From Magallana gigas (taxonomy: Eukaryota), in NCBI RefSeq assembly GCF_963853765.1, contig NC_088853.1:21142001-21206000 (forward strand): DNA of 64,000 nucleotides, read 5' to 3'. A model generated the notes under the pieces. The model saw nothing but the letters and a program-made list of their open reading frames with translations, did not search any database and had not been told where the DNA came from. Positions within the stretch are counted from its first letter, which is position 1. Each line of letters begins with the position of its first letter. Both the position numbers and the translations under genes were made by a program. Below are positions 24,000 through 37,748 of this stretch, one piece after another.

Positions 24000-26900
24000 T
24001 TGCACTTATGCTGTATGATTTAAGCCATATTTGTGCAATTAATTTAGCCAACAAAATCCATAAGTATCACCTTCTTTAAAAGGCGTTCTTAAATACCATT
24101 TGTTCATACCAGCACAGCAATTATTTAAATAGTGTTCACAATGGCACCTAAGTGGAAATCTACAGATTTGACGAAACGAACATCTTCCAAAAGAGGAAAA
24201 CTATCTCAGGATAACACATTACCACAATCCAGTTCTCTTCTACCATCTCTCCGGAGATTTTGGAAACCATTACAAAAGAGGTCACGGAAATGTCACCCCA
24301 AAGCTGAAGGAGGACATTTCTAATATGTTCAATGCTCTCCAGCCAACCGCCATCACAAGTCAGGGGAGTATTGCATGTGCATCTAGTAATTATTCAAATA
24401 TCAGTAGGGATAACGCAATTCAGGAAACTATCGAGTCAGCAATTGTTAATCAATCTGATAAAATAACATCAGGTAGGTCCTGTAGTGGTTTTGTTAGTAC
24501 ATTGGTCTCCAATTAACCTAGTGTACCTGATAAATTGAAAACAAAGATATGGTTAAAGCACAACGTGGATTTTGGTAATCTGCTACTTCGGAACAAACAA
24601 GGTAAGGAAAACTTTCCATTCATGTATAGAAACCGATGAAGATCGGCATGCTTATAATTCACCAGGTGCAGAGAGAGGACACTGATGGAGAATTGTCTTT
24701 TATGAACGACTAGCTTACAGCTTGGAATAGGTATATGGCTATTTATTGCATAAAGCATCCACACAAACAAGCAAAACTCGCAAAGACATCTAAAAGCGGT
24801 CAGGGACTTTGCAGATGCAAAAGGTAGCTGGTATAGTTACGATACGGACTTCCGATCATTAACTAATCAAGGCCATGTGCAGTGGGGAGATGTTCATATG
24901 GAACTGTACGTAAACGCACGTCATACTCCTTCTTAATCTATCAACACAACCAACCCACACAAAGAATTGAGTAAAACATTCCAGAGGAGCTTGTTTCCAG
25001 TTACATTTCAGGTAAGCAGTGCAATACAGGTCTTGATTGTCGTTTGCAGCACAGGTGTTACAACTGTGGTGGCTCACACCTTTTCATCCAGTGCACAAAA
25101 CAGGTTCAGCGTCCCTTTCGTGTCTTACAAACATTTAAGTATCAGTCACCACAACCAATCAAATTCGCCAATCCGTCTAAGTCACCCCCTCTTACCAAGC
25201 AAGTACCCAACACCAATGAAACCAAATAGCCTTGCAGGTTGGCTGTCTGGTTACGACGAAACTGAGACAAACTATTCAAAAAATAGTTTGTCAAATGGTT
25301 TTTCATTAGGTTTTGTTGGTGAATGCCCATGGTGTATAATCTCAAAATCTTAAATCAGCTTTTATTTGTCCGGATATAATTGAAGAAAAGATTCTTAAAG
25401 AAAGTTAATCGGGAAGAGTGTTAGGTCCATTCCATTATAAATCATTTGTTGACATACAATGCTCCCCATAAGGTTTGGTAGATAAAAAGGTAACAGGTGA
25501 ATATAGAATGATTCATCATTTATCTTATCCTTGAAACAAATCAGTTAATGATGGAATTCCACGCGAGGAATCATTTGTTCCATATTCTTCGGTTGGAGAT
25601 GCCATCAGTCACATCAGGAACTCGGTATTTCGTGTATTTCTCATGTGTTAGACGATATTATTATTATCTGCAATTGTCCATTTACATGTGTTAGACAGTT
25701 GAAGGCATTTTTATCAATGTGTTTTGACATAGGAGTTCCAAAATCACTGGAGTAAACGTGTGGTCCTCTTCGGACTATAATTACTTAGGTTATGAGCTGG
25801 GTTCGGGCAAGATGGAGTCTAGGTTGACTCTTGACAAAATAGTAAAGTGCAAAGATAATTTTTTTTTGAAAAAGACACAACATAGCTTGACACTTACACA
25901 ATTACAGTCACTCATAGGTTTACTCAACTTTGCATGTAATGTTGTTTTCCCAGGCAGAGCATTTCTTAGAAGATTAATAGACCTTACCATTGGTATCATA
26001 GCAGTTTTTTAAAAAAAACATGACAAAAGAGGTTAATAAGGATTTGAAAGTTTAGGAATGTTTTCTTGATAAATTTAATGGATCCTCTATTTTCCTCCCA
26101 GATAAGTGGTCAAGTTCGCATGAGCTTAAGTTGTATACAGATGCTTCGGGTTCTATCGGTTATGCAGCGGTAATCGGTATTCAGTGGTTTTAATGGAAAC
26201 TGAGATTGTAGTTGGCAATATAAAAATATTGCAGTCTAAGAACTTTACCCAATAGTTATGGCATTAAAAGTGTGGGGGAAATTGTTGACTTACAAATGTA
26301 TATTATTTAATACTACTAATCAGGCATTGGTGCATGTTATAAACAAACAAACATGTACGGATAGAGATAGCATGTCTCTGGTTCGCCAGCTCCTTGTTAA
26401 TTGTCTTGAATTTAATATAAATTTTAAAGCAAAACATTGAACATCAAAAGAAAATACCGGTATACTATGTGACTTGCTTTCTCGTTCCAATCGTACATCA
26501 AACTTACAATTAGCACATTGGGCCGACACACAACCACTCGAGATTCCCAGTATTCCGCTCTTTCTAAGTTGACCCTGGTTGTGTACAAACTCCTTGACTC
26601 CAGTTTGACTGCGTCACATCATCATCATACACTTACGCATGGTCGTCGTTTAGGAAAGTACAGTTTACGAACGGATATCCCCGTCCAACAACACTTCTCA
26701 ATGTTGCTTTCCTTTTCTCACAAGACTGCCCACCGTCGACGATATCATCTTATGTTTCGGCCATCAGTCACGTCCATAAACTCAACGGCCTCCAAAATCC
26801 ATGCTTATCATTTGTTGTACGGAAAGTATTAACAGGAGCTCGTAAGCTGAAACCGACAACTTATGTGGGAATACCAATAACTGGGGCCATCTTGCACAAA

Positions 26901-27469
26901 CACCTTGATTCTTTACAACATACTAAATCCAATCTATATGAAACAATTCTATTTCGAGCAATGTTTTTGTTAGCCTTTCATTTGTTTTTTAGAATCAGCG
27001 AAATTAAGTCCAATTTAACCATCCCAAATAAAAATCTGCTACATTTTAACCACATTTCTATCGTAAATGACACAATATTTATTAAATTTGTTTCATATAA
27101 GCATAGTCCGGGTAAATTTTTTTTCTAACAATACATGGGGCTAAGGATTCAGATTATTGCCCAGTGCAGTGCCTTGAAAATTATATTAATCAAAGAGGAG
27201 TGCAAGATGGTCCTTTATTTTGCTACGTACCATGCACACCTGTGACGAGGATCAAATTTTCGGTGATACTGAATAATTGTTTATCTTTCGCTAATATCCG
27301 AAAGGGAAAAATTTCCTAGACATTTTTAGCTCACCTGAGCCAAAGGCTCAAGTGAGCTTTTCTGATCACAATGTGTACGTTGTCTGTCGTTGTCAACTTT
27401 TCACATTTTCATCTTCTTCTCAAGAACCACTGGGCAGATTTCAACCAAATTTGGCACAAAGCACCACCA

Positions 27470-27515
<46 letters not shown>

Positions 27516-30075
27516 TAAAGGGGAGATAATTGAGAATTATTGAAAATTTGTTGATATTTTTCAAAAATCTTCTTCTCAAAAACTATTTGGCCTGAAAAGC
27601 TAAAACTTGTGTGGAGGCATCTTCAGGTATTGTAGATTCAAGTTTGTTCAAATCATGGTCCCCGGGGGTAGGGAGGGGCCACAAGAAGGAGATCAAGTTT
27701 TACATAGGAATATATAGAGAAAATCTTTAAAAATCTTCTCAAAAACTATTGGGCCAGGAAAGCTCAAATTAAAATGGAAGCATCCACAGGTAGTGTAAAT
27801 TAAAATTTGTCTAAATCATGGTCCCCGGGGGTAGGGTGGGGCCACAATTTGGGGATCAATTTTTACATAGGAATATATAGAGAAAATCTTTAAAAATCTT
27901 CTTCTAAAAAACTATTAGGCCAGGAAAGCTCAAATTTGAGTGGAAGCATCCTCAGATAGTGTAAATTCAAGTTCGTTCAAATCATGGCTCCGGGGGGTAG
28001 GGTGGGGTCACAATAGGATGATGAATTTTTACATAGGAATATATAGAGAAAATCTTAAAAAATCTTCTTCTCAAAAACTACTGGGCCAGAAAAGCTCAAA
28101 TTATAATGGAATCATCTTCAGGTAGTGAAGATTCAAGCTCATTAAAATCATGGTCCCCGGGGGTAGGGTGGGGCCACAATGGGGGGGGGGGTCAAGTTTT
28201 ACATAGGAATATATAGAGAAAATCTTCTTCTCAAAAACAATTAGGCCAGAAAAGATCAAATTATAATGGAAGCATCCTCAGGTAGTGTAGATTCAAGTTT
28301 GTTCAATTTATAGTCCCTGGGGGTAGGGCGGGGCCACAATGGGGAGATCAAGTTTTACATAGGAATATATATTAATCAAAGTACTGAAGAACTGATGGGA
28401 GTTGATTTTGTCGATGTTTATTTTATTTTAAAATCAATGATATGTTATTTTGCATGACAGGTACATGTATTTTCTAATTTGAATTACGCACATTTTTATA
28501 ATATGAATTTTTGCACTTTTTCGACAAGAATGTCGAGAAACCCTCATGTGAATAATGTTAAATTATTTTAAAGATGAAATTAATTCAATCAAACTATGTA
28601 TCAGTGATAAAAATATTTCTCGAAAATTGTATGGATCCAGTCTCATTCAACCAAACGCTCGGCTGACACCGAAAATCTCCGACAAGGATTTACGGAGACA
28701 GCCGAGCGTCGAGTTGACCGAGACTATATTGAACTCTGGCGTAGGAATACATACGACTACAAAACATATTTAAACTGTTCGTACCATTTAAAATCTGACT
28801 ATTTTCAAGGTTTTTATAAATAATTTTCCTTAAAAACAATGCTTTAGCATACATTACATCGAATTCATAAATTATTTTCAAGAACTAAGTCTTGTTAGCA
28901 GCAATGATTTGTGCTGTGGTCCAAACACAGTTTCACCTTCGGTTTGTCTGAGTAACTGCACAGGAGAGTTGATTGAAATCAACTCCAAAAAATCTTCTTC
29001 TCAAAAACTATTAGGCCAGAAAGCTCAAATTTTAATGGAAGCATCCTCAGGTAGGGTATATTTAAATTTGTTCAAATCATGGTCCCTGGGGGTAGGGTGG
29101 GGCCACAATTGGGGGATCAAGTTTTACATAGGAATATATAGAGAAAATCTTTAAAAATCATCTTCTCAAAAACTGTTTGACCAAGAAAGCTCAAATTGGC
29201 GGGTAACCATCCTCAGATAATGTAGATTCAAGTTTGTTCAAATCATGGTCACTGGGGGTAGGGCGGGGCCACAATGGGGATAAATTTTTATACGTAGAGA
29301 AAATCTCTAAAAAATCTTCTCAAAACTATTAGACCAGAAAAGCCCAAATCTGAGTGAAAGCATTTCAAAATCGTATAGATTCAAGTTTGTTAAAATAATA
29401 GTCCAGTGGTATGGTGAGGCCACAGTGTGGGGATGAATTTTTACTTAGGAATATATAGAGAAAATCTTTAAAAATCTTCTTTTTAAAGACCATTTGGCCA
29501 GAAAAGCTTTAACTTGTGAAGAGGCATCCTCGGGTAGTGTAAATTCAAAATCACAGTCCCCAGTGGTAGGGCGGGGCCGTGATGGCGGTTTGAATTTTTA
29601 CATATATCGAGAAAATCTTTAAAAATATTCTGGGAAAGAATTTTCGGTTCAAAACTCAGTACTTAGTGTGAAAGCACAAGTTATGCAGATATAAGTTTGA
29701 TGAAACCATGATACCCTAGAGAAAAGTGGGGCAACAAAATGGGGGGGGGGGGTGGTATATAGGAAAAGAGAAAAATCATCTTACAGGTACAACAACAAAA
29801 GGGGCCTGGTATTAACCAAAAGAAAGAGGTGGATAAAAATTGGTAGATTTTCAATTTTTTTAGCAAGATCTACTGTACTTAGTTGTCAAGATATTTTGAT
29901 ACTGTAATGCTTATTTGATCAGAATCAAGGCAATTGTTGCTCAGGTGAGCGATGTGGCCCCTGGGCCTCTTGTTTTCGAATTGGCATGGCTTCTCACTGC
30001 GAAATGAGCAACGGTAAAATTAGACTTCTGGGAATTGGAAATTAGATGCCTTAAAATCGTTCATCAGACCGGTTG
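24000..30075 (+). mobile_element. Degenerate DIRS/Ngaro tyrosine-recombinase retrotransposon (gag, RT, RNase H, YR), interrupted at 27323-29974
   Basis: gag MAPKWK..., VPDKLKTKIW, CYNCGGSHLFIQC; RT LSGYD...GFSLGF, YRMIHHLSYP, SVNDGI, YLGYEL; RNase H LYTDASGSIGYAAV; YR FLLAFHLFFRISE, YCPV, H|FRIG and WKLDALKSFIRP. Confidence 0.88.
27323..29974 (+). mobile_element. Helentron-associated non-autonomous element carrying a Cg170-like ~166-bp satellite array
   Basis: 5' TTTTTAGCTCACCTGAGCCAAAGGCTCAAGTGAGCT hairpin; about 10 units of GATTCAAGTTTGTTCAAATCATGGTCCCCGGGGGTAGGG...TTTACATAGGAATATATAGAGAAAATC; 3' CTCAGGTGAGCGATGTGGCCCCTGGGCCTCTTG; T-runs on both sides. An unrelated ~600-bp insert sits at ~28372-28985. 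Confidence 0.88.
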
Positions 30076-31104
30076 ATTCGTGTAATTAGATGCAATTACC
30101 CAGTCTAGTCAACACTGTGTTTACTTTGTTTACGCTGTATCCAGAGCATATGTTTATATCCGTCGACATTATTGTATGGCTAATGTTTATCCCTCCAGTT
30201 ATATTGTTGTACTTTATTATTTTGTTGCATTGAATATATGTTTATTTCACTGTATCTTTAGCTAGGTTAATGGTAATTAATTTGTATTTCTAATATTGAA
30301 ATAGCCCAGGGTATATGTGTATCCCATTAGCTATGAGGTAATAGCTCTTTCCCACCAGTATGTCTTTTCTCCTTTTATTTTTCCTTTGGGTCTGAACTTA
30401 ATTAATACATTTAATCAAGTCCATGGCGTTTTCAGACCACAAGGAATTTGTTTGACGACATCACGTATCCAATTTTCAATTTCACTTTGTCAATACGGCC
30501 AATTCATAAAACTCATATTTGTATATGATACGTAAATACTATTCGGAAATTAATTATAATTACATCACATTAAGATCAAATGCAGAATAGTGACATAATT
30601 CTATCAAATTTCAAAATTAGTATCACGAAATATTATTTTATATAATTTTAAGCAATGTGTTACAATGTTATGAAACAATTAAAGTCAGAGAATTAAAGTA
30701 GAGAGTGCTCTGTTTGGTCACGTAATGTTGGTGTCATTATTTGACCAATGAAACTAAACGCGTGAATTCGAGCGACTATCTTTGTTTAGAAAGACGCGCT
30801 AATTCACTTTCTTTCAGGACGCCGCATGGCTTACATCTTGGATTCATGATTCCGTTCCTTCGGATCAATGTATTTTATTGTAGATGTACATACCACAAGA
30901 AATCTGTTTGGCGATATTACGTAACCAATTTTCGATTTCAGTTTCCTAATACAGCCCATAAATAAAATGCATATCTGTATATGATTATAAGTTACCATCC
31001 GGAAATAAATTATAATTACATCATTTTAAATCAAATGCAGAATTGCGCAATACATATGTACATATGTAATTCAATCAAATTTCAATTGTAGTATTACGTA
31101 ATAA

Positions 31105-31818
31105 TATGTAAACGGTGTGACTGTTGGACCGAGCGCAGATTTAACACAGTGCAGTTTGATTTTTGTATAATAAAATCTATTTAAAACGCACAAAGTAGGA
31201 TCCGCCTGCATGGTTGCCTACTCAAATCATTCCTCAAAGTTCAAATAAACGTCGCGTGTTCAGTCTACATTATGACGTCATATTTCAGACGTAAAACGTA
31301 AAATGAAGTTTTGTCTTCGGAAATAGCCGAAGAGAGTTACGTGATTTCGATTTTTTTTTATATTTCTTCTTTCATTGTTTATCAATTTAATTCATATAAA
31401 TTCCACGGTAAAAAATGAATACTTAATTAAGTATCTAAAAGATCAGTTCCTTGACGTGAATGTTTTTATTTTTCATCTGATAATTTGATAAGATATACAT
31501 AGAACTAGTCGTGTTTCTTAATTGAAGCACTATTGAAACTTATCTGGTGTCCTTTTTTATTACTTTTCATTCAAATTTCCTTCTATTGAAACACCGGAGT
31601 ATTTTAATCGAGTTTAGGGGCAATAAACATCGATAAGTACCAGTCAAGCAATGATCGAACTAACTTTTTAAAGACAAAATGGCTGCCAATATGGCGGCGC
31701 CCAGGGCTGGAAGAATTTTTTTTTGGCACTTTCATTTTTAACTGATTTTCTTATATATACGTGTTACCATTAATCCTCGCTTCGCGAGGCGGGCTTCGCC
31801 CGCCTCTCGCTGCGCTCG
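31105..31818. mobile_element. Non-autonomous insertion with terminal multi-hairpin (Crypton-like)
   Basis: Splits the second copy of a local repeat (intact copy ~30545-30687; split copy ~30998-31104 plus ~31819-31876); ends CCTCGCTTCGCGAGGCGGGCTTCGCCCGCCTCTCGCTGCGCTCGG. Confidence 0.5.
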
Positions 31819-33921
31819 GTATTATTTTATATAATTTTACGCAATGTGTTACAATGCTATGTAACAATTAAAGTCACGCTGGTGGCAAAGAGCAACATAT
31901 ACCATGTATTGCTTAGTTTATATACATTGTATTTTGTATTGAAAGATGGAGTTAATGGTCGTACGTCAAGTAAACTAAACAAGTTATAGCCCCTTCATAC
32001 GGAAATTAATTATAGATAAAAAGACATATATATATTTCCAAAATGAATTTTAAAAAATAGAATAAAAAAACAACTCTGGTGTGAAAAACCAGATCCTTCT
32101 GATTGATTTGATTTGAAAGGATATTTATATGGACATTTATTTATAACATTGTCATTGTGTTTTTAAACCGCTAAGCATAGCTGCAGCGCTTTTTTGTCGC
32201 CAGATTTCTAAACCTATTTCCACTTTCGTTTTTGCGTTTCCTATATATCGCCACCTACTGGCGGATGCTGGAGAAGTCGTATCATGGGGAAGTCGTACTC
32301 TGGAAAAATCACAACTATGCAGTAGAGAGATCTTAATTATCTTCAAGTTATCATGCATGCAGATGCATTTGTTCTACCAGTATTAAATTAACAATAAGTT
32401 TCATTTAAAATGTCATTATTATATATCAGAAACATTGGTGGATCAAGGGGGGATTCCGGGTGTCGGACCGCCCCCCCCCCCCCCTTTTTTCTCTGGGTCA
32501 TATGAATTTTTTTGAAAACGTATAATGTCTATTTAAAGGCGTGTTTTTCCATTTATAATAGAAATACTGTAATTATCTCAAATAAATGCTTTAAAAATTG
32601 CTTAATATTTAAAGAATTCCGCACTACGTCCCATAATGTTGTTCTTATATGAAAAACCCTATCGATTTTTATCGAAATAAAGTACATTGTACTCCCCTTC
32701 AGAGTCCGGTGTTTATTATACTGAGTAAACATCTGGAAAATTAAATTTTATTAATGATTTAATTTATGTGCAGTATGGACATATTACACAGCAATAAAAA
32801 CAGTTAGTAACAGTAAATATTGAAAGTGATGTGTAACATTCAACATTGCTATGAATTAAATATAACTATTATTTAAAGTTATCTATAAAGTTATTGTAAA
32901 GATATTTAAATGAATTCGAGTATTATGTGATAACTGTACCCATTATATTGGTATATATGAAATGAAACTTTTTGCCAATTTAACATTGCTTGTAAACGTC
33001 GAATATATACTAAAAGTTTTCTATCTGAGTTCAATTATTCTAAAAGAACCCATACCCTATTACATGCTATGAGTTTTCTTTAATACGACCTCTGATACGC
33101 TGGTAAAAACAGTTCTTTTATCCAATGGCAACTTCTCGGGCCTTTCCGGCAACCTTGTATGTATTGCAGGTGTCACTGCAGTATTAGGGTTTACTATATA
33201 CTCCTACCATAAATGCGCATCTTCAGATACAAGTTATAAAAAAAAAAAAACTTCTGCGAAAATCCTTTAGATAGTTTTTAAAACAACACTTCTTTTCCAA
33301 TTTAGTATAAAAACACAGGTACATCCAGCAAGGCACGAGAGTTTGTTTACGTCGAAGTTACACGTGTGCTTGAAAAGCACTAGACCACAAACCAAGAACC
33401 TATCACCCGTCTTACCATAAAAAACAACACACATCACAAAAAATGACCTAGCTCGCATTATTACAAAACGTGAATAGTCGAACATCTTGCACACTTATTT
33501 CATCTCACAAAAAGGTAGCCCCTGTTGCAGGCGGAAACGGCCCAAATTCGAAGGAGAATTACGGTGAAATATATTGACATCTGCATAGGCGTCCATGACA
33601 ACATCCTTTTAATAAAACTTGTAAAAAACACGAGACTTTTTACGTCTGATGAGATGTTAGTTAGACTTAATCAACTTCAATGATATACCCTAAAATATAC
33701 CCCTAGAAGAGACCGTCTAGTTGATGCTTAAATGAAAAGAAGCGACTCCATTTTGATATTCTAACATCAGGTAAATGTTAATACATTAGGGGTCTTTGCA
33801 TGGTGTATTGTAAAATGGTTTGAATACCAAAGCTTATATTTTGTAGAATAAGTAGCATTCCCTGCAAGGCAGATCTGTAATGCGATTAGTATTATTTTAC
33901 TTCTGTAAAAACTTTTTGGCT

Positions 33922-33924
<3 letters not shown>

Positions 33925-33957
<33 letters not shown>

Positions 33958-34560
33958 GTACTGATTCTGATGGTTCTTCTTCATTATTATTTTTCTTCTT
34001 CTAGACATTTTTAAATCCTCAATAACTTTTTTGTTTGTCATCTGATTTCATTCAAATTGTCACGGTATATTGTAAATTGAATTAGGTTTCTAGAGCACAA
34101 AAAAAATTGAAATCGCAACTTCCGGTTTTGAGTTATTCCCCTTTATCTAAAATTTTAGGGGCGTTAGTTTCCAAACAAAGGCTCCATAATGGTCCTTAGC
34201 AAATAATTTATAGTTAAAAATCTTAATTATTGACACTTTGAACATTGTCCTCTGATTTTTGGATTTTAGTTTCTTCCAATTATTCCACTCGAATTAATCA
34301 ATCAAAATCTATGTTTTAAAAATAGCAGAATTTATCTCATGTTTTAGCTTCGTAACTTTTTAGTTTGAAATATTTCCTAAATACATGTTGAACAAAAGTT
34401 GTGCATAATGTTAAGGGCTTTCATTTGACACCAATAAAAAAGGGCTGGCCCCTTAAATTAAGGGCCAGTAGCCCTCAACAGATTTTGCTTAATAACTCAA
34501 AAACGGTTAGGATTTCGATATTGCTGTCGCTGGAAAAGTTGTTTGTTGGGATCTCATAAA
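33925..34560 (+). mobile_element. 5' part of a Helentron-associated non-autonomous element
   Basis: TTATTAAGGTCTTCCGTTTCCAACGGAAGACCTT hairpin followed by a (CTT/ATT)n microsatellite. A weaker copy of the same start occurs at ~17335. Confidence 0.6.
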
Positions 34561-37111
34561 GGTCGTTACAATGTTATTTTGTAAGTGATTTGTGTATTAT
34601 GAGTGTAAAAAGCTTTACTTGTTAACATGTTCCTGCTTTCATTTGGCAAGTTAACGAAAGTCTTTGCGCGTAAAACTGGCAAAAAGTTACCACAGAAAGT
34701 ATGATGGCTTATACAGGAGGCTTTCATTCATGAGAAAAAAATTAGAACACATGCTTTTTTTTTTATAGAAGTTAAAGTCATTGTTGTTTAGTTCTTATAG
34801 TGCACAATCCTTAAAGACGAGAATCGAAAAATAAAACATTCTTTTTCTTTTCTAGTAAAACACAAAATACTTATTGAAAAAAAATTCCATGCATTACATT
34901 TAAGTTATCATAGTGCATGCATTTAAAAATCCACCTTGAATCAGAGATGTGTATTATTACGTAAGCTATCCCTCGCCCACGGCGGTCAGCGGTTATCTAA
35001 TACACGAGAGTTGCGTCTCTCATATATGAGTTAATTTAGCTGCGAACTGAAGAATTATTTCAGTTTTGATTACACATAAAGGTTTATTCTTCAATTGGAT
35101 TAAACGATAGGGTGTCAATTAAGAAATCGTTCAGTTAATTAATAAAAGCAATGCCATTCTCAATCTAATGCAATATCAGACATATATATCAATTGCGGGT
35201 TTTAAGTAAAAAAAGAATTTCTATTTTATAGAATTAAGTCATTAAATTGCAAACTTTTCAAATCTTCCTAGGTTCTGAGCTGTGCGTGTGTATGTTTTAA
35301 ACCTTTATGTAATCTATCCTTCGCCCGCGGCCGAGGAAATCATCCACGGCTGCACTACCTAGCGGTAAACGGTTATCTAATACACAAGATTTGCACCCGC
35401 ACACTTACATGAATATGAACGTGTTTGATTTTTTATAGCCGTTAATACACTGTACACTGTTTTAATTTTATGTTGTAAAAGATTGTTCATCTTGTATTTA
35501 GTTAAATTAAACATTGGAGAGTAAATTAAAAAGTCGTTCTGAAAATTAATAAAAGCTATATTACTCCAAATCGGAAATACTCGTGAGACATATTTGAATG
35601 TTTGGTTTGTATGTCTTAAATGTTTTAAAAACTGTACAAATAATGTTTTCAATCAACAACAAAAAAAACAACAACACAAATATTAAAACCTTTAAATAAT
35701 GATCATCCCTCGCACATGGCTCTACATGTACCTTATCACGCGTGCATGTTTGGAATTTTGTACGAACGCAACTATTTTTATTATGTTTTAAACTATTATA
35801 TTGGTTTCAGATGAACAGATGAATTTATTTTACTCGTACAGTTGATTTAGCATTGATTTATACGACAGCGTACAAGGTAATTTAAAAAATCAAATCAAAT
35901 TATGATCAAAGTGCCATGTTTGCGGTAGGTGCTGACACGATAAAAAATGCCCGGAATTTAGGCATTCGGTGATTATTTTAAAGAATATTCACACGAGTTT
36001 TGAAACAAGTTTTGTTTGGATTCTATCGGTCACATATTCTGTAGTGTTTCTACATGGTCGTTAGTTTCATTGTGAAAACGAACTTATTTCTGTGTTGCCC
36101 TCCAACCGCCCCGCTGCAAAGTTTTGTTTTTTTTTAACTCCAGATCTGTCGAAAATCATTTGATAGTGACTTCTTCTTATGTGTAACATTTTCTCCTGAG
36201 CGTGTTTCTCTTTCCCACCCGTTTTTTTATTCGGTCAGTCTTTGTAAATTTCAACTTTTTTTATTGCGTAAATTCAATCGCCACGTGCTACCGAAAATCT
36301 TGTGTCACATTGAACAGCACAAACAGCTCAGAACATATATAGCCCCAGCTTATTTATGGCTGCAGATCATCAATTGTTATGTAATTAATCAAAAGTTCGA
36401 AGGGTGCTTTCTTCAAAGTTGTCAATTATCAAACAACAAGACTTTCATTTTCACATTAAAGGTGCGAGATCGTAATCTGAGAACGTGGCTATAATAAATT
36501 AACATGTCGAACACGCTAAACTTCTATTATATATAGTTATGAACAGAATAATATTATATATTATAATTAAAAGTTTTAAGTCAAATGTAATTTTTCTTGG
36601 GATAAGATGTTATGAAATACGACTACATTATGCTATGCAGGTGGTCGCCATAGAAATCATCAAAGTATTGCAAGTTAGGACAGATTAGTTTACTTGACTT
36701 ACAGACTATAATATAGCGACATATCTGCCTCCAAAAAATATATGCGCTTCTCAAAGTTACACTTCAGTGAGATGGACATGTGTTCTTGGGGATTTTCTTT
36801 ATTGCTAATTATATGAAAATTGATTTTAAAAAAAAGTTTTATTGAAGTTGTGCGGTATGAGGATGTCATGCAACTTAATTTACTTACAAGGTTAGCTACA
36901 GCCAATGGAATACTAATTTTAGGTCAAAAATGATTACCCAATCTATTAAAATACAAGATAAATAGAGAAAGCAAATATTGCTTGTGACATGTACGTAGTT
37001 TTTTGATATATCTTTATGATAAAGCAGAGAAAAGCAAAAAAATTAAAAACTAAAAAAAAAACTTTCATTCCAGGTCTAAAAAACAAATCATAATTAAATT
37101 AATATACATAT

Positions 37112-37680
37112 TGTGACAATTAAAGGTCGGGCTCGGAAGAGTCGGGCTCGGAATGTTTCAAGCTATTACGTAAACCGGACTTTATTCTTTTGTATAATGA
37201 TAGCTCCCGAGGGTAGTTCGGGTGCGTATTAGTATATAAGGCGCTGCTTAGCTGATAGTCGACAGTTTGCAGTTGAAACTCCAAGTGGGAAGATCGAAGC
37301 AGAAGTGGTGAGGTTATAAAGTTACCCTGGTATTAGGTATACGGTGGCTAGTATACTGGTTAATAGGGGAATTGTATTTAATTAAATTAATTAGATTACT
37401 TCCACAAAATCTATTGAGATCTATCTGTGTACAGGACAGATGTCTGGATAGGGACACATCCGAGACCCGTACTCGCGTAGGACAGGTGCCTACGGATACA
37501 TACCTGCCCGGACACATACCCAGTCGCCCAAATTACATTTATTTGCCTTATAAATTAAGGATAGATAATCCTAAGACTAAATATATGTATATACTGACTC
37601 GTGCTTGTTAACAAATCATTTTCTTAAATCATTGTCCTGATTACGGATCTATCCAAATCTACGGACCCAAACACGTTACA
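37112..37680 (+). repeat. 5' LTR
   Basis: TGTGACAATT...CACGTTACA; TATATAAG at ~37233; about 10 substitutions relative to the 3' LTR by eye. Confidence 0.95.
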
Positions 37681-37685
37681 TAAAT

Positions 37686-37703
37686 TGGTGGCAGCTGCGG
37701 GAT
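37686..37703 (+). promoter_or_regulatory. Primer binding site, tRNA-Leu-like
   Basis: TGGTGGCAGCTGCGGGAT 5 nt after the LTR; close to the complement of a tRNA-Leu 3' end (TGGTGGCAGCGGTGGGAT). Confidence 0.7.
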
Positions 37704-37748
37704 TTGGGTTAGATCTAATTGATTAGTTTATTATATGCTTCTTTCACA

